From a bacterium (GTDB taxonomy: Bacteria > Bacillota_I > Bacilli_A > Izemoplasmatales > UBA1188), in NCBI GenBank assembly GCA_017960565.1, contig JAGCYY010000009.1, positions 70,874 to 134,873 on the forward strand: a stretch of 64,000 nt of DNA, read 5' to 3'. Positions 28,538 to 36,756 of the stretch are shown here, in pieces. Below the pieces are notes generated by a model that saw only the letters and a program-made list of their open reading frames with translations, did no database searches and was not told the DNA's origin. A program made the translations under genes and the position numbers. Positions within the stretch are counted from its first letter, which is position 1. Each line of letters begins with the position of its first letter.

Positions 28538-30289
28538 TTAACTTCTTTGTATATCTTTCATAATGTCACTAGGTATTTTAATCTTTCTATCCATTGTATA
28601 AAGACCATTCATTTCTTGTCTTACATCAGATAGTTGTGTATAACAATATCCAACAAATCTATTATCATCTAAGATGAGAGAAAATAAATCTTTTAACCTA
28701 TTTTCAAATTCATCTAGTGTCTTACAATCGTCGCCATAACCGAATGTGACTTTATTTTCTTCTAAAAAAGATGTACCACCAAATTCATCTAGAATGACTG
28801 GTTTATTGAATAAATATTCTCGTTTTAAAACAAACTTTCGACCTTTTTTATAATTTACAAAATTTTCATTAAAAGCTCTATCTATATCATATTTCAAACT
28901 TTCTTTATCTTGATTATAAAGATGAAGTGTGATGATATCACTATTTAAATGACTCCAGCCATCGTTTGTAGTAACAAGTCTTGTAGAATCGTATGATTTT
29001 GTCAAATCATATACTTTTTTCACAAATAATTTAGTGCCAGGATCCGATCTATCAATTCCCCATATTCCCCATGATTCATTAAATGGTGTGTATGTGATGA
29101 TCGCTGGATGATTGTAGAATTGTTTTAAGATTTCTGACCATTCTTTCATAAATCTTTTGGCAGATGATATTAAAGTTAGATACATACTAGGCATTTCAAG
29201 CCAAACGAGATATCCATAAAAATCTGCGTATGAATAATATTTTTCAATCTCAATTTTTTGATGTTTTCTCGCACCATTAAAGCCCATTTCAATCATGGCA
29301 TTAATGTCAAATTCAAGTTCTTCATCAGTCATTGTCATATCGCCATTATCGATGTAGCCTTGGTCTAAAATCAGTTTTTGATAAATTGGATGATCATTTA
29401 GATATATTTTATTTTCTTTTGTGTAAATATCTCTTATTCCTATATATGATAAGACTGTATCTGTATATTCTTTTGGAATGCCTCGTCTTAAGATATTTGA
29501 TGCGAGTTTTAATTCTATGTCATATAAATTTGGCTTTAAAATATCCCAAGGATGAAAATTTACAGAAAGAGGTATAACTACTTCTATTTCGTTCGATAAA
29601 CTTCTAAGATTTGTGACGTTATATACTAGAGTGTTCTTATAGTTAACCTTAATAGATAGATTGTTTATTATCTCATTAGATGTTAGTTCTAGTTTAAATG
29701 ATTTGGTTTTAAAAGATGGTGTTAATTTAATAGAATCGATATAGGTGTTAGGTCTTTTTTCAAGCCACACTGTTTTCCAAATACCGGTTGTCTCTTCATA
29801 CCAACACCAAAAATTGTTTTTTCTAAAACGTTGTTTACCTCTTACTTTAAGAATGCTCATATTGTCAGAAACTTTAACAGTGATATCATTATCTCCTTCT
29901 TTTAAATAATCTGTGATATCGAATGAGAATCTATGATATCCGCCAATATTTTTGCCGACATATTTGCCATTAATATATAGTGTTGTTTTATAATCGCTTC
30001 CTTCAAAAATGATGAAAGTACGATAATTTTCATCGATGGAATGATCTATTATTCTATGATACCAAACATGGTCACATCTTGTTTGAATGTTTATATTTGA
30101 TGATTTTGATAAATACGAATAAGGAACATTTATTTTATCAGAAATAGGAAAATTCTTATGAAAACCTTTGATTCTTCCCTGATTATGATAATCGAAACAA
30201 AAATCCCACATACCATCTAGAATAATGTAGTCAGATCTATAAAAGGATGGATTTGGATGGTTCTTTTTAAAACTTTTTACTTTAAACAT
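28538..30289 (-). CDS. Glycoside hydrolase family 2 protein
   Basis: GH2 N-terminal sugar-binding pattern (YIILDGMWDF, YHRFSFDITDYLKEGDNDITVKV). TIM-barrel Asn-Glu acid/base region TPFNESWGIW. Putative nucleophile region VILDEFGG. No obvious SD before the ATG. Confidence 0.8.
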   Translation of the reverse strand: MFKVKSFKKNHPNPSFYRSDYIILDGMWDFCFDYHNQGRIKGFHKNFPISDKINVPYSYLSKSSNINIQTRCDHVWYHRIIDHSIDENYRTFIIFEGSDYKTTLYINGKYVGKNIGGYHRFSFDITDYLKEGDNDITVKVSDNMSILKVRGKQRFRKNNFWCWYEETTGIWKTVWLEKRPNTYIDSIKLTPSFKTKSFKLELTSNEIINNLSIKVNYKNTLVYNVTNLRSLSNEIEVVIPLSVNFHPWDILKPNLYDIELKLASNILRRGIPKEYTDTVLSYIGIRDIYTKENKIYLNDHPIYQKLILDQGYIDNGDMTMTDEELEFDINAMIEMGFNGARKHQKIEIEKYYSYADFYGYLVWLEMPSMYLTLISSAKRFMKEWSEILKQFYNHPAIITYTPFNESWGIWGIDRSDPGTKLFVKKVYDLTKSYDSTRLVTTNDGWSHLNSDIITLHLYNQDKESLKYDIDRAFNENFVNYKKGRKFVLKREYLFNKPVILDEFGGTSFLEENKVTFGYGDDCKTLDEFENRLKDLFSLILDDNRFVGYCYTQLSDVRQEMNGLYTMDRKIKIPSDIMKDIQRS

Positions 30290-30367
30290 AAGACATAAAA
30301 TTATTAGTAGAATTTATTTTATTTTAAAATAAAGATTTAGTATTTTCAATATTAAAAGAAATAAAAA

Positions 30368-30526
30368 ATCATCACCCTAGCTACTAATAGATGACCATGG
30401 TCATCTAATACGATAAGACTTCTACTATAACATTAGGATTCAAATAATTATTTGCATTCAACACAGACTATAGTATCCATCGATAAAACAAATGTTTGGG
30501 GTCCTAAAAGTAGCTAAGATAATGAT
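30368..30526 (-). ncRNA. Candidate structured small RNA (~159 nt), rod-like with a central bubble; 6S-RNA-like architecture, class unconfirmed
   Basis: 18-bp terminal helix between 30509-30526 and 30368-30385. Three pairs are G-U only on the minus-strand transcript (C/A mismatches on plus). A promoter-like TTGAGA-17-TAATAT ends 5 nt (30531-30527) before the helix, so the helix 5' end (30526) is the 6th nt after the -10 box. UUUUUAUUCUUUU follows the helix. Internal helices and an 8-bp hairpin are described in the findings. Confidence 0.55.
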
Positions 30527-30531
30527 AATTT

Positions 30532-30560
30532 ATATTAACATAGTTTTTTATTTATCTCAA
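30532..30560 (-). promoter_or_regulatory. Sigma-A-type promoter for the candidate sRNA
   Basis: Minus strand: TTGAGA (30560-30555), 17-nt spacer, TAATAT (30537-30532). The predicted +1 coincides with the first nucleotide of the terminal helix (about 30526). Confidence 0.45.
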
Positions 30561-30632
30561 TAAAAATGGGATAAATAAGATGAATATGAAATAGTATTTT
30601 GAATATACTTCACTTTTATTTCATATTATGAA

Positions 30633-32246
30633 TTAAACAAAGTTTTTATATTCTTTAATTCCTCTTTTTTCGACTAATAAGAAGAATATTAATCCTAATA
30701 AGAAAAATAATAATCCAGAGAATATGGTTGCGAGTTCATAACTAGAAGTTAAAATATATAAAGAAAATAATGAACCTGGCATTAAAAAGAATAAACCTAA
30801 TATAATAAATGAACAGATCATTACTGATGAACTTCTTTTGATTATTTCGTGATCTTCCATATCGATTGCTGGATGTCTTAAATTGATCCATTGATAAATA
30901 TAAGTTGTAAAGAATCCAGATGATAATAATATTAAGAACGTACCAATGGCAATTCCAAGTGTTGGAGATCCAAATATCAAAAAGAGTGCATAAATAATTG
31001 TTGATGGGATGAAATAAAGAATGAGATTAAATAAGGCTTTAGATCTAAATATGATTTTAGGATTGATTGGTAAAGTTTTTACAATCCAAACATATTTATT
31101 TTCTAATGACAAAGTGAATCCACTTGATAAACTCATAGTCGAAATCAGCATTATCATTATTGGACCAATTAGCCAATATAGATTTATAGTGATACCACTT
31201 TCAACATCTTCAATTAAAAGATTATCTGAAGAAACTGATACAACTACCGCTATAACGATCATAATAATTGGCATAATTAAAGTATTTAGGATATATAAAT
31301 TATCACTAAATAATTTGCCAAATTCTTTTTTAATAAAGCCACCAAATAAATCTTTTTTCTTGTATTCGATTAGATCTTTTTTGCTTGATTGATTTGTAGA
31401 TTTTTCAAATACCATCATTCTATATGCAAAACGTTTGAATAATAGAACGAATATAATAAATAACGTTATCAATATTAGGGCATAGATAAGAAAATATATG
31501 ATATTTCCAGTTTGTATAGCAAGTTTTATAAAAATTAGTAATGGGAAATATGTGAGAATATTTTCATAAGCTATAATAGTATTTTCTAAGAATAATGGAT
31601 CCATCGAAAGCATCGATGAATATAAAGTTGAAAATCCCAATATGAAAACGATCATAAGAACGAGTCCAAAAAGTTCAAATGTACGTTTGAATTTAGATTT
31701 TTGTATAGCTTTTTTTAAGACCATTATTAAAAATGAGAAAAGAATAGTTGGGAGTATCACAGAAAGTAATGGGGCAAATAATAAAATTATTATTCCATTA
31801 ACTGTGATATCGTTGCCACCTGAAATTAGATAAGCAATAAGGCCAGAAATCCCGATGAATATCTCAAAAAATGATTCAAGAATCATAGCGGTTATGAGCT
31901 TAGCTGAGACAATCTTGCCTTCTTCAATTGGCAGTGTTCCTAAGACATCATTATCTTTTTCAGTCATAGATAGTCTACTACCTGATAAAATAATAAAGAA
32001 AAGACTTGAAATATTTACAAGAACGACAATTTGATAAATGACTTTGTCATAATTATCAACTACTGTTTTATATTGACTAAATACTTCAGAAAAATTTATG
32101 GAGAATGAATATATATAAATAGGGATTAAGATTATTAGAAGAATTAATAAAGCTTTAGAATTTGATTTTCTTTTTTGATTTGATTTAGAACCAAATCTAT
32201 ACATTTCACCTAGAAATATTTTAACTAAATCAAATATCTTGACCAT
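30633..32246 (-). CDS. Polytopic ABC exporter permease (putative ABC-exporter family)
   Basis: About 12 or more hydrophobic segments. Immediately downstream of and overlapping the ABC ATPase gene. ATG at 32246 is preceded by GGAGAAG. Confidence 0.7.
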   Translation of the reverse strand: MVKIFDLVKIFLGEMYRFGSKSNQKRKSNSKALLILLIILIPIYIYSFSINFSEVFSQYKTVVDNYDKVIYQIVVLVNISSLFFIILSGSRLSMTEKDNDVLGTLPIEEGKIVSAKLITAMILESFFEIFIGISGLIAYLISGGNDITVNGIIILLFAPLLSVILPTILFSFLIMVLKKAIQKSKFKRTFELFGLVLMIVFILGFSTLYSSMLSMDPLFLENTIIAYENILTYFPLLIFIKLAIQTGNIIYFLIYALILITLFIIFVLLFKRFAYRMMVFEKSTNQSSKKDLIEYKKKDLFGGFIKKEFGKLFSDNLYILNTLIMPIIMIVIAVVVSVSSDNLLIEDVESGITINLYWLIGPIMIMLISTMSLSSGFTLSLENKYVWIVKTLPINPKIIFRSKALFNLILYFIPSTIIYALFLIFGSPTLGIAIGTFLILLSSGFFTTYIYQWINLRHPAIDMEDHEIIKRSSSVMICSFIILGLFFLMPGSLFSLYILTSSYELATIFSGLLFFLLGLIFFLLVEKRGIKEYKNFV

Positions 32247-32958
32247 TTTCTTCTCCAAGTAATTCTAAAAATACTTCTTCTAATGATTCATCCTTTTTTA
32301 TAATTTGCATATCACCGCACTTAATTACTTCTCCATGCCTAATAATTCCTACTTTGTTGCAGATTTTTTCGGCTGTATCAAGGACATGTGTTGAAAAGAA
32401 GATTGCAGTGCCTTTTTCTGTAAGTTCTTTAAATACATTTTTGATTTTAAAAGATGCTTCTGGATCGAGGCCGACAAAAGGTTCATCTAAAACTAAAAGT
32501 TTAGGGGAATGAATTAAAGCACCAATTATCGCAAGTTTTTGTTTCATACCATGCGAATATGTGCTTATTTTATCGCCAAGTTTATTATTTAAGTCTAGAA
32601 AATTTGAGTAATATTCGATTTTTTCTTTTCTTTCATCGCTTGATAAACTAAAAGCATCTGATATAAAATTTAGATATTTAATTCCTGACATCGATTCATA
32701 AATATTTGGATTATCTGGAATATATGCAAGGATTTTTTTAGCGTCGATTGGACGTTCTTTGATATCAATTCCATCGATTTTAATAGAACCTTTTTCGAAA
32801 TCTAATAATCCTACTATGCATTTGATAAGCGTGGTTTTACCAGCGCCATTATGACCGATAAAGGCAAAAATATCTCCATTTTCAATATCTAATGAAATGT
32901 CCTTGATGGCATCTTTCTTTCCATCGTAACTCTTATATACATTTTTAATTTCAAGCAT
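32230..32958 (-). CDS. ABC transporter ATP-binding protein
   Basis: Walker A GHNGAGKTT, signature YSHGMKQKL, Walker B LLVLDEP, H-loop STHV. Confidence 0.93.
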   Translation of the reverse strand: MLEIKNVYKSYDGKKDAIKDISLDIENGDIFAFIGHNGAGKTTLIKCIVGLLDFEKGSIKIDGIDIKERPIDAKKILAYIPDNPNIYESMSGIKYLNFISDAFSLSSDERKEKIEYYSNFLDLNNKLGDKISTYSHGMKQKLAIIGALIHSPKLLVLDEPFVGLDPEASFKIKNVFKELTEKGTAIFFSTHVLDTAEKICNKVGIIRHGEVIKCGDMQIIKKDESLEEVFLELLGEENGQDI

Positions 32959-32980
32959 ACAAAAAACCTCTTACACAATT

Positions 32981-33790
32981 TTAATTATCATCATCTGATT
33001 CATCGCTATCTTCGCTTGATTCTTGAATCTCATCATCTTTTGTTTCAGCATTTTCATTTTCTTTGAGTTTTTGTTCCTCTTCTAAAGCTTTTAATCTTTC
33101 TTCTTCAGCTTTCTTTTCTTTATATCTTAGAGGATCATTTAAAAATTCGAGACGTTCTTCAGCGATTTTTTCGACAGTTTCATCAAATTTATCGTGCATG
33201 ATTGTTTGGTAATCAAAATCTATTCCAAGATAAATATATGGCATATTTTCTTTTAATTCTTCCATTAAGATATCATTGCCATCAACTGTAGGGAAATATG
33301 TGAATCCATAGATTTTATTAGAATCAAAGAAGACAATTCCATTTCCATTATATTCATATGCCCAAATAACTTTGCTTTTTTCGAAGAAGAAAAATGTTAC
33401 TTGACTTGCGCCGAAAATGAAATTATCTGTGATGACAACTGGATTAGATTTAGATAATTTATTCATAATATCAGCATCTTCTAATTCTTTATCATAGATA
33501 GATGGATCTATTCCAGAATTAATCAATTGAACATATTGAGGGAATTTCTTAGGATTTATAAAATATTTGAGGTTTCCGAATATTTCTCTAATTCTCTTAT
33601 AAGCGATGAGAATTGATATTAATCCGACAAATATCCAGACAATTCCATACATTTTTTCTTCAGATTGGATTAAAAAATATGTTCCAAATCCAAGTAAGAT
33701 GAATGGAAGAATGATAGTTAATAAACATAAAAATCCATAAAAAGAAAATATGATTTTCTTATGATAATGTTTAATAATTTTCTCTAACAT
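32981..33790 (-). CDS. Hypothetical membrane protein with acidic C-terminal tail
   Basis: Two N-terminal TM segments, a central soluble domain, and the coiled/acidic tail KEKKAEEERLKALEEEQKLKENENAETKDDEIQESSEDSDESDDDN. No family recognised. Confidence 0.5.
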   Translation of the reverse strand: MLEKIIKHYHKKIIFSFYGFLCLLTIILPFILLGFGTYFLIQSEEKMYGIVWIFVGLISILIAYKRIREIFGNLKYFINPKKFPQYVQLINSGIDPSIYDKELEDADIMNKLSKSNPVVITDNFIFGASQVTFFFFEKSKVIWAYEYNGNGIVFFDSNKIYGFTYFPTVDGNDILMEELKENMPYIYLGIDFDYQTIMHDKFDETVEKIAEERLEFLNDPLRYKEKKAEEERLKALEEEQKLKENENAETKDDEIQESSEDSDESDDDN

Positions 33791-33796
33791 ATATAT

Positions 33797-35038
33797 TTAT
33801 TCCTTTGTGAGAGTTTCGCCAGAATCGATCTTTTTAATATTTAAGTCAATGAGGTTGATGTTTGAAAAGATTCTAACGTTTTTACCGATTTTAGTATTAT
33901 CTCCAACAACTACTCCTTTTCCAAGGACAGTTATACCAGAAGAAAGTAGTGATGGTTTATCCTTATTAGGGACATTTTCGAATGCACCAATTACAGAATT
34001 TTCACCGATTACACAGTTCTTATCGATAATTGCATTTTCTACGACAGCGCCAGCTTTTATTACAGTATTCTTAAGAATTACTGAATTGATAACTTTTGCG
34101 GTTGGATGAATAACGACAAGAGGAGAGATGACACTTCTTGTGACTTCACCAGCGATTATGGCACCATTAGAAAGTAGTGCTTGGTTGATTTTCGCTTTGC
34201 TGCCAATCTTTACTGCAGGCATATCTTCGCTTCTTGTGTAGATTTTCCAAGATGGATCATACATATCGAGTTGAATCTTATCGACTGTTTCAATAAGTTC
34301 AAGATTGGCTTTTAAATATGAATCATAAGTACCAACATCTTTCCAATAATCAAAGAATTTATAGGCATAAACTTTGCCTGATGAAATCATCTGTGGAATG
34401 ATATGACCACCGAAATCAAGATCTTTGATATCATCATTAGATTTTAAGAGTTCTATTAATTTTAATCTATTGAATACATAGATGCCCATTGAAGCAAGAT
34501 CGCTTTTTGGTTCTTTTGGTTTTTCCACGAATCCAGTAACCTTTTGATTTTCATCAGCTTCCATTATGCCAAATCTTGTAGCTTCTTCTAGAGGAACAAC
34601 TTTACAAGCGATTGTGATTTCAGCATTTTTCTCGATATGGAAATTTATGAGTTTACGATAATCCATTTTATATATATGGTCGCCTGATAGAATTAAGACA
34701 TATTCAGCATCGCTTCTTTCGATTAGATGAAGATTCTTTCTAATGGCATCTGCGGTACCGTTATACCATTCAGAATGAGGTTGAAGGAGAGTCACATGAG
34801 AATCTCTTCTATCCATATCCCAAGGTTTTCCAACACCGATATGTTCATTGAGTGATAATGGTAAATATTGAGTGAGAATATCGACATCATAAATTCCAGA
34901 ATTACAACAATTTGATAATGCAAAATCAATAATTCTATATTTTCCCGCAAATGGTACAGATGGTTTAACACGTTTTTCTGATAGAATATCGAGTCTTGAA
35001 CCTCTTCCACCGGCAAGAATGATTGCTAAAGTTTTCAT
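33797..35038 (-). CDS. glgC: Glucose-1-phosphate adenylyltransferase
   Basis: ILAGGRGSRL, PFAGKYRIIDFALSNCCNSGI, and a left-handed beta-helix C-terminus. Confidence 0.92.
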   Translation of the reverse strand: MKTLAIILAGGRGSRLDILSEKRVKPSVPFAGKYRIIDFALSNCCNSGIYDVDILTQYLPLSLNEHIGVGKPWDMDRRDSHVTLLQPHSEWYNGTADAIRKNLHLIERSDAEYVLILSGDHIYKMDYRKLINFHIEKNAEITIACKVVPLEEATRFGIMEADENQKVTGFVEKPKEPKSDLASMGIYVFNRLKLIELLKSNDDIKDLDFGGHIIPQMISSGKVYAYKFFDYWKDVGTYDSYLKANLELIETVDKIQLDMYDPSWKIYTRSEDMPAVKIGSKAKINQALLSNGAIIAGEVTRSVISPLVVIHPTAKVINSVILKNTVIKAGAVVENAIIDKNCVIGENSVIGAFENVPNKDKPSLLSSGITVLGKGVVVGDNTKIGKNVRIFSNINLIDLNIKKIDSGETLTKE

Positions 35039-35053
35039 ATAATTATATTCCTC

Positions 35054-36487
35054 CTAATTCTCTAATAATCTTTTATAAAGTTTGAAATATTTAATTGCAC
35101 TTGAATAAAAACTATAATCTGATTCCATAGCGTTTTTTACAAGGCAATCCCATTTATATTTGTCTTTGTATGTTCTAAATGCATATCTTATAACATAATC
35201 CATATCATAAGCATTATAGTTTGTAAAACTAAAACCATTTCCTTCCATTGTATATTCATTGAATGGCATTACTGAATCTTTTAATCCTCCAGTTTCTCTA
35301 ACAAGTGGAAGTGATCCATAGCGAAGAGCTATCATTTGACCAAGACCACATGGTTCAAATGCACTAGGCATTAAGAAGATGTCAGATGCAGCATAAGCAA
35401 GATGTGCGAGTTCATCAGAATATCCTATGTAACATTTGACTTTGTAAGGATGTTGTTTTTCGAGATCTAAGAAGAAATCTTCAAACCACTTCTCTCCTGT
35501 GCCTATCACAATGAATTTGAATGTATAGTCATTTAAGAGATTGTTTATTACTTCTGTAATTAGATCTAAACCTTTTTGCCTTGTGAGTCTTGAGACTATT
35601 GCCATCATTGGAACATCTGTATAAAAATCAGTTCTTTCAAGTTTATCATAAAGCATTCTTTTAGCTTTTTCTTTTCCTATCTTATAGTTTTCGAAACTAT
35701 AATTGAATGGAATAGTTTTATCGGTTTTTGGGTTCCACAAGCTATAATCAAGGCCATTTAGAATACCACCAAAAGCTTTAGCTTTAGCTTTTTGATTTAA
35801 AATTGAGCCAAGTCCCATTGAGAAATATTCGCTTGATAATAATTCTTTTGAGTAGGTCTCACTTACTGTATTGACATAATCAGATGCGACTATTGCACTC
35901 TTCATAAAGTTCATTTTGCCACTTTGTTCCATGACATTTGAAAAAGGAATATTGAATAGTTTTGCAGTTTGTCTATCACATTCTCCTTGGAACATGATGT
36001 TGTGGATGGTAAATACTGTCTTGATACTGCCATATTCTTTAAAGTATTTTACTTTAATTAGTTCTGGAATCATACCAGTATGCCAATCATGACAGTTTAG
36101 AATATCAACTTTAAAATCATCCATATATTTGAGTGATTCTACTACAGCAATTTGAAACAGTGCCCATCTTTCCATTTCATCTGGAAAATCATAAACTCTA
36201 TCTCTATTAAAATATTTTTCATTTTCAATAAAATAAGTTACAACACCATCGTGTTTTAGCTTCCAAAGTTTAACAGTATTTGCTTTGTTAGCGACAAATA
36301 CATAGAATTCATCAACAAATTCTATATCTTTTAACAATTCTTCTTTTATTACTGAATACTTAGGCATAATAACTCTAGTATCAGCACCTAAAGAATTTAA
36401 TTCCTTCGGCAAGCTACCAAGGACATCACCAAGCCCTCCAATTTTAATGAAAGGGAAACATTCTACACCCGCAAATAAAATATTCAT
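35054..36487 (-). CDS. glgA: Glycogen synthase (GT5)
   Basis: N-terminal FIKIGGLGDVLGSLP (KxGGL motif), 477 aa, SAFEPCGLGQM in the C-terminal half. Confidence 0.93.
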   Translation of the reverse strand: MNILFAGVECFPFIKIGGLGDVLGSLPKELNSLGADTRVIMPKYSVIKEELLKDIEFVDEFYVFVANKANTVKLWKLKHDGVVTYFIENEKYFNRDRVYDFPDEMERWALFQIAVVESLKYMDDFKVDILNCHDWHTGMIPELIKVKYFKEYGSIKTVFTIHNIMFQGECDRQTAKLFNIPFSNVMEQSGKMNFMKSAIVASDYVNTVSETYSKELLSSEYFSMGLGSILNQKAKAKAFGGILNGLDYSLWNPKTDKTIPFNYSFENYKIGKEKAKRMLYDKLERTDFYTDVPMMAIVSRLTRQKGLDLITEVINNLLNDYTFKFIVIGTGEKWFEDFFLDLEKQHPYKVKCYIGYSDELAHLAYAASDIFLMPSAFEPCGLGQMIALRYGSLPLVRETGGLKDSVMPFNEYTMEGNGFSFTNYNAYDMDYVIRYAFRTYKDKYKWDCLVKNAMESDYSFYSSAIKYFKLYKRLLEN

Positions 36488-36510
36488 GACTTCCTCCTTT
36501 TTATGAACTT

Positions 36511-36756
36511 TTATATTGTCTCTAAAGCTTTTGCAAATTGATCAGCACAAGATGTGTTTCTAGCTCCACAAGTATTACCTTTTAAGATTCTTATTACATC
36601 ATCTTTATCCATTCCTTCTACTAATTTAGAAATGGCTTTAAGGTTGCCATTACAGCCTTTTATAAAGACTGTATTGTGGATTTTATTATTGTCATCTACA
36701 TCAAATATTATTTTTTGTGAACAAGTTCCTTCTGTATTATATTCAACGTGTTTCAT
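36511..36756 (-). CDS. TSCPD domain protein (TIGR03905-like small 4-Cys protein)
   Basis: 81 aa. GTCSQKIIFDVDDNNKIHNTVFIKGCNGNLKAISKLVEGM...CGARNTSCADQFAKAL matches the family pattern GTCS..GC.GN..CG...TSC.DQ. Confidence 0.8.
   Translation of the reverse strand: MKHVEYNTEGTCSQKIIFDVDDNNKIHNTVFIKGCNGNLKAISKLVEGMDKDDVIRILKGNTCGARNTSCADQFAKALETI

Noticed and set aside
30290-30632. Interpreting the structured element as a cis-acting riboswitch/leader of the GH2 gene
   Set aside because: The element is closed by an 18-bp helix joining its own 5' and 3' ends and is followed directly by a U-tract. A separate promoter-like TTGAAA-17-TAAAAT lies between it and the GH2 ATG. No known aptamer core was recognised. 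It is kept as a less likely alternative under the sRNA finding.
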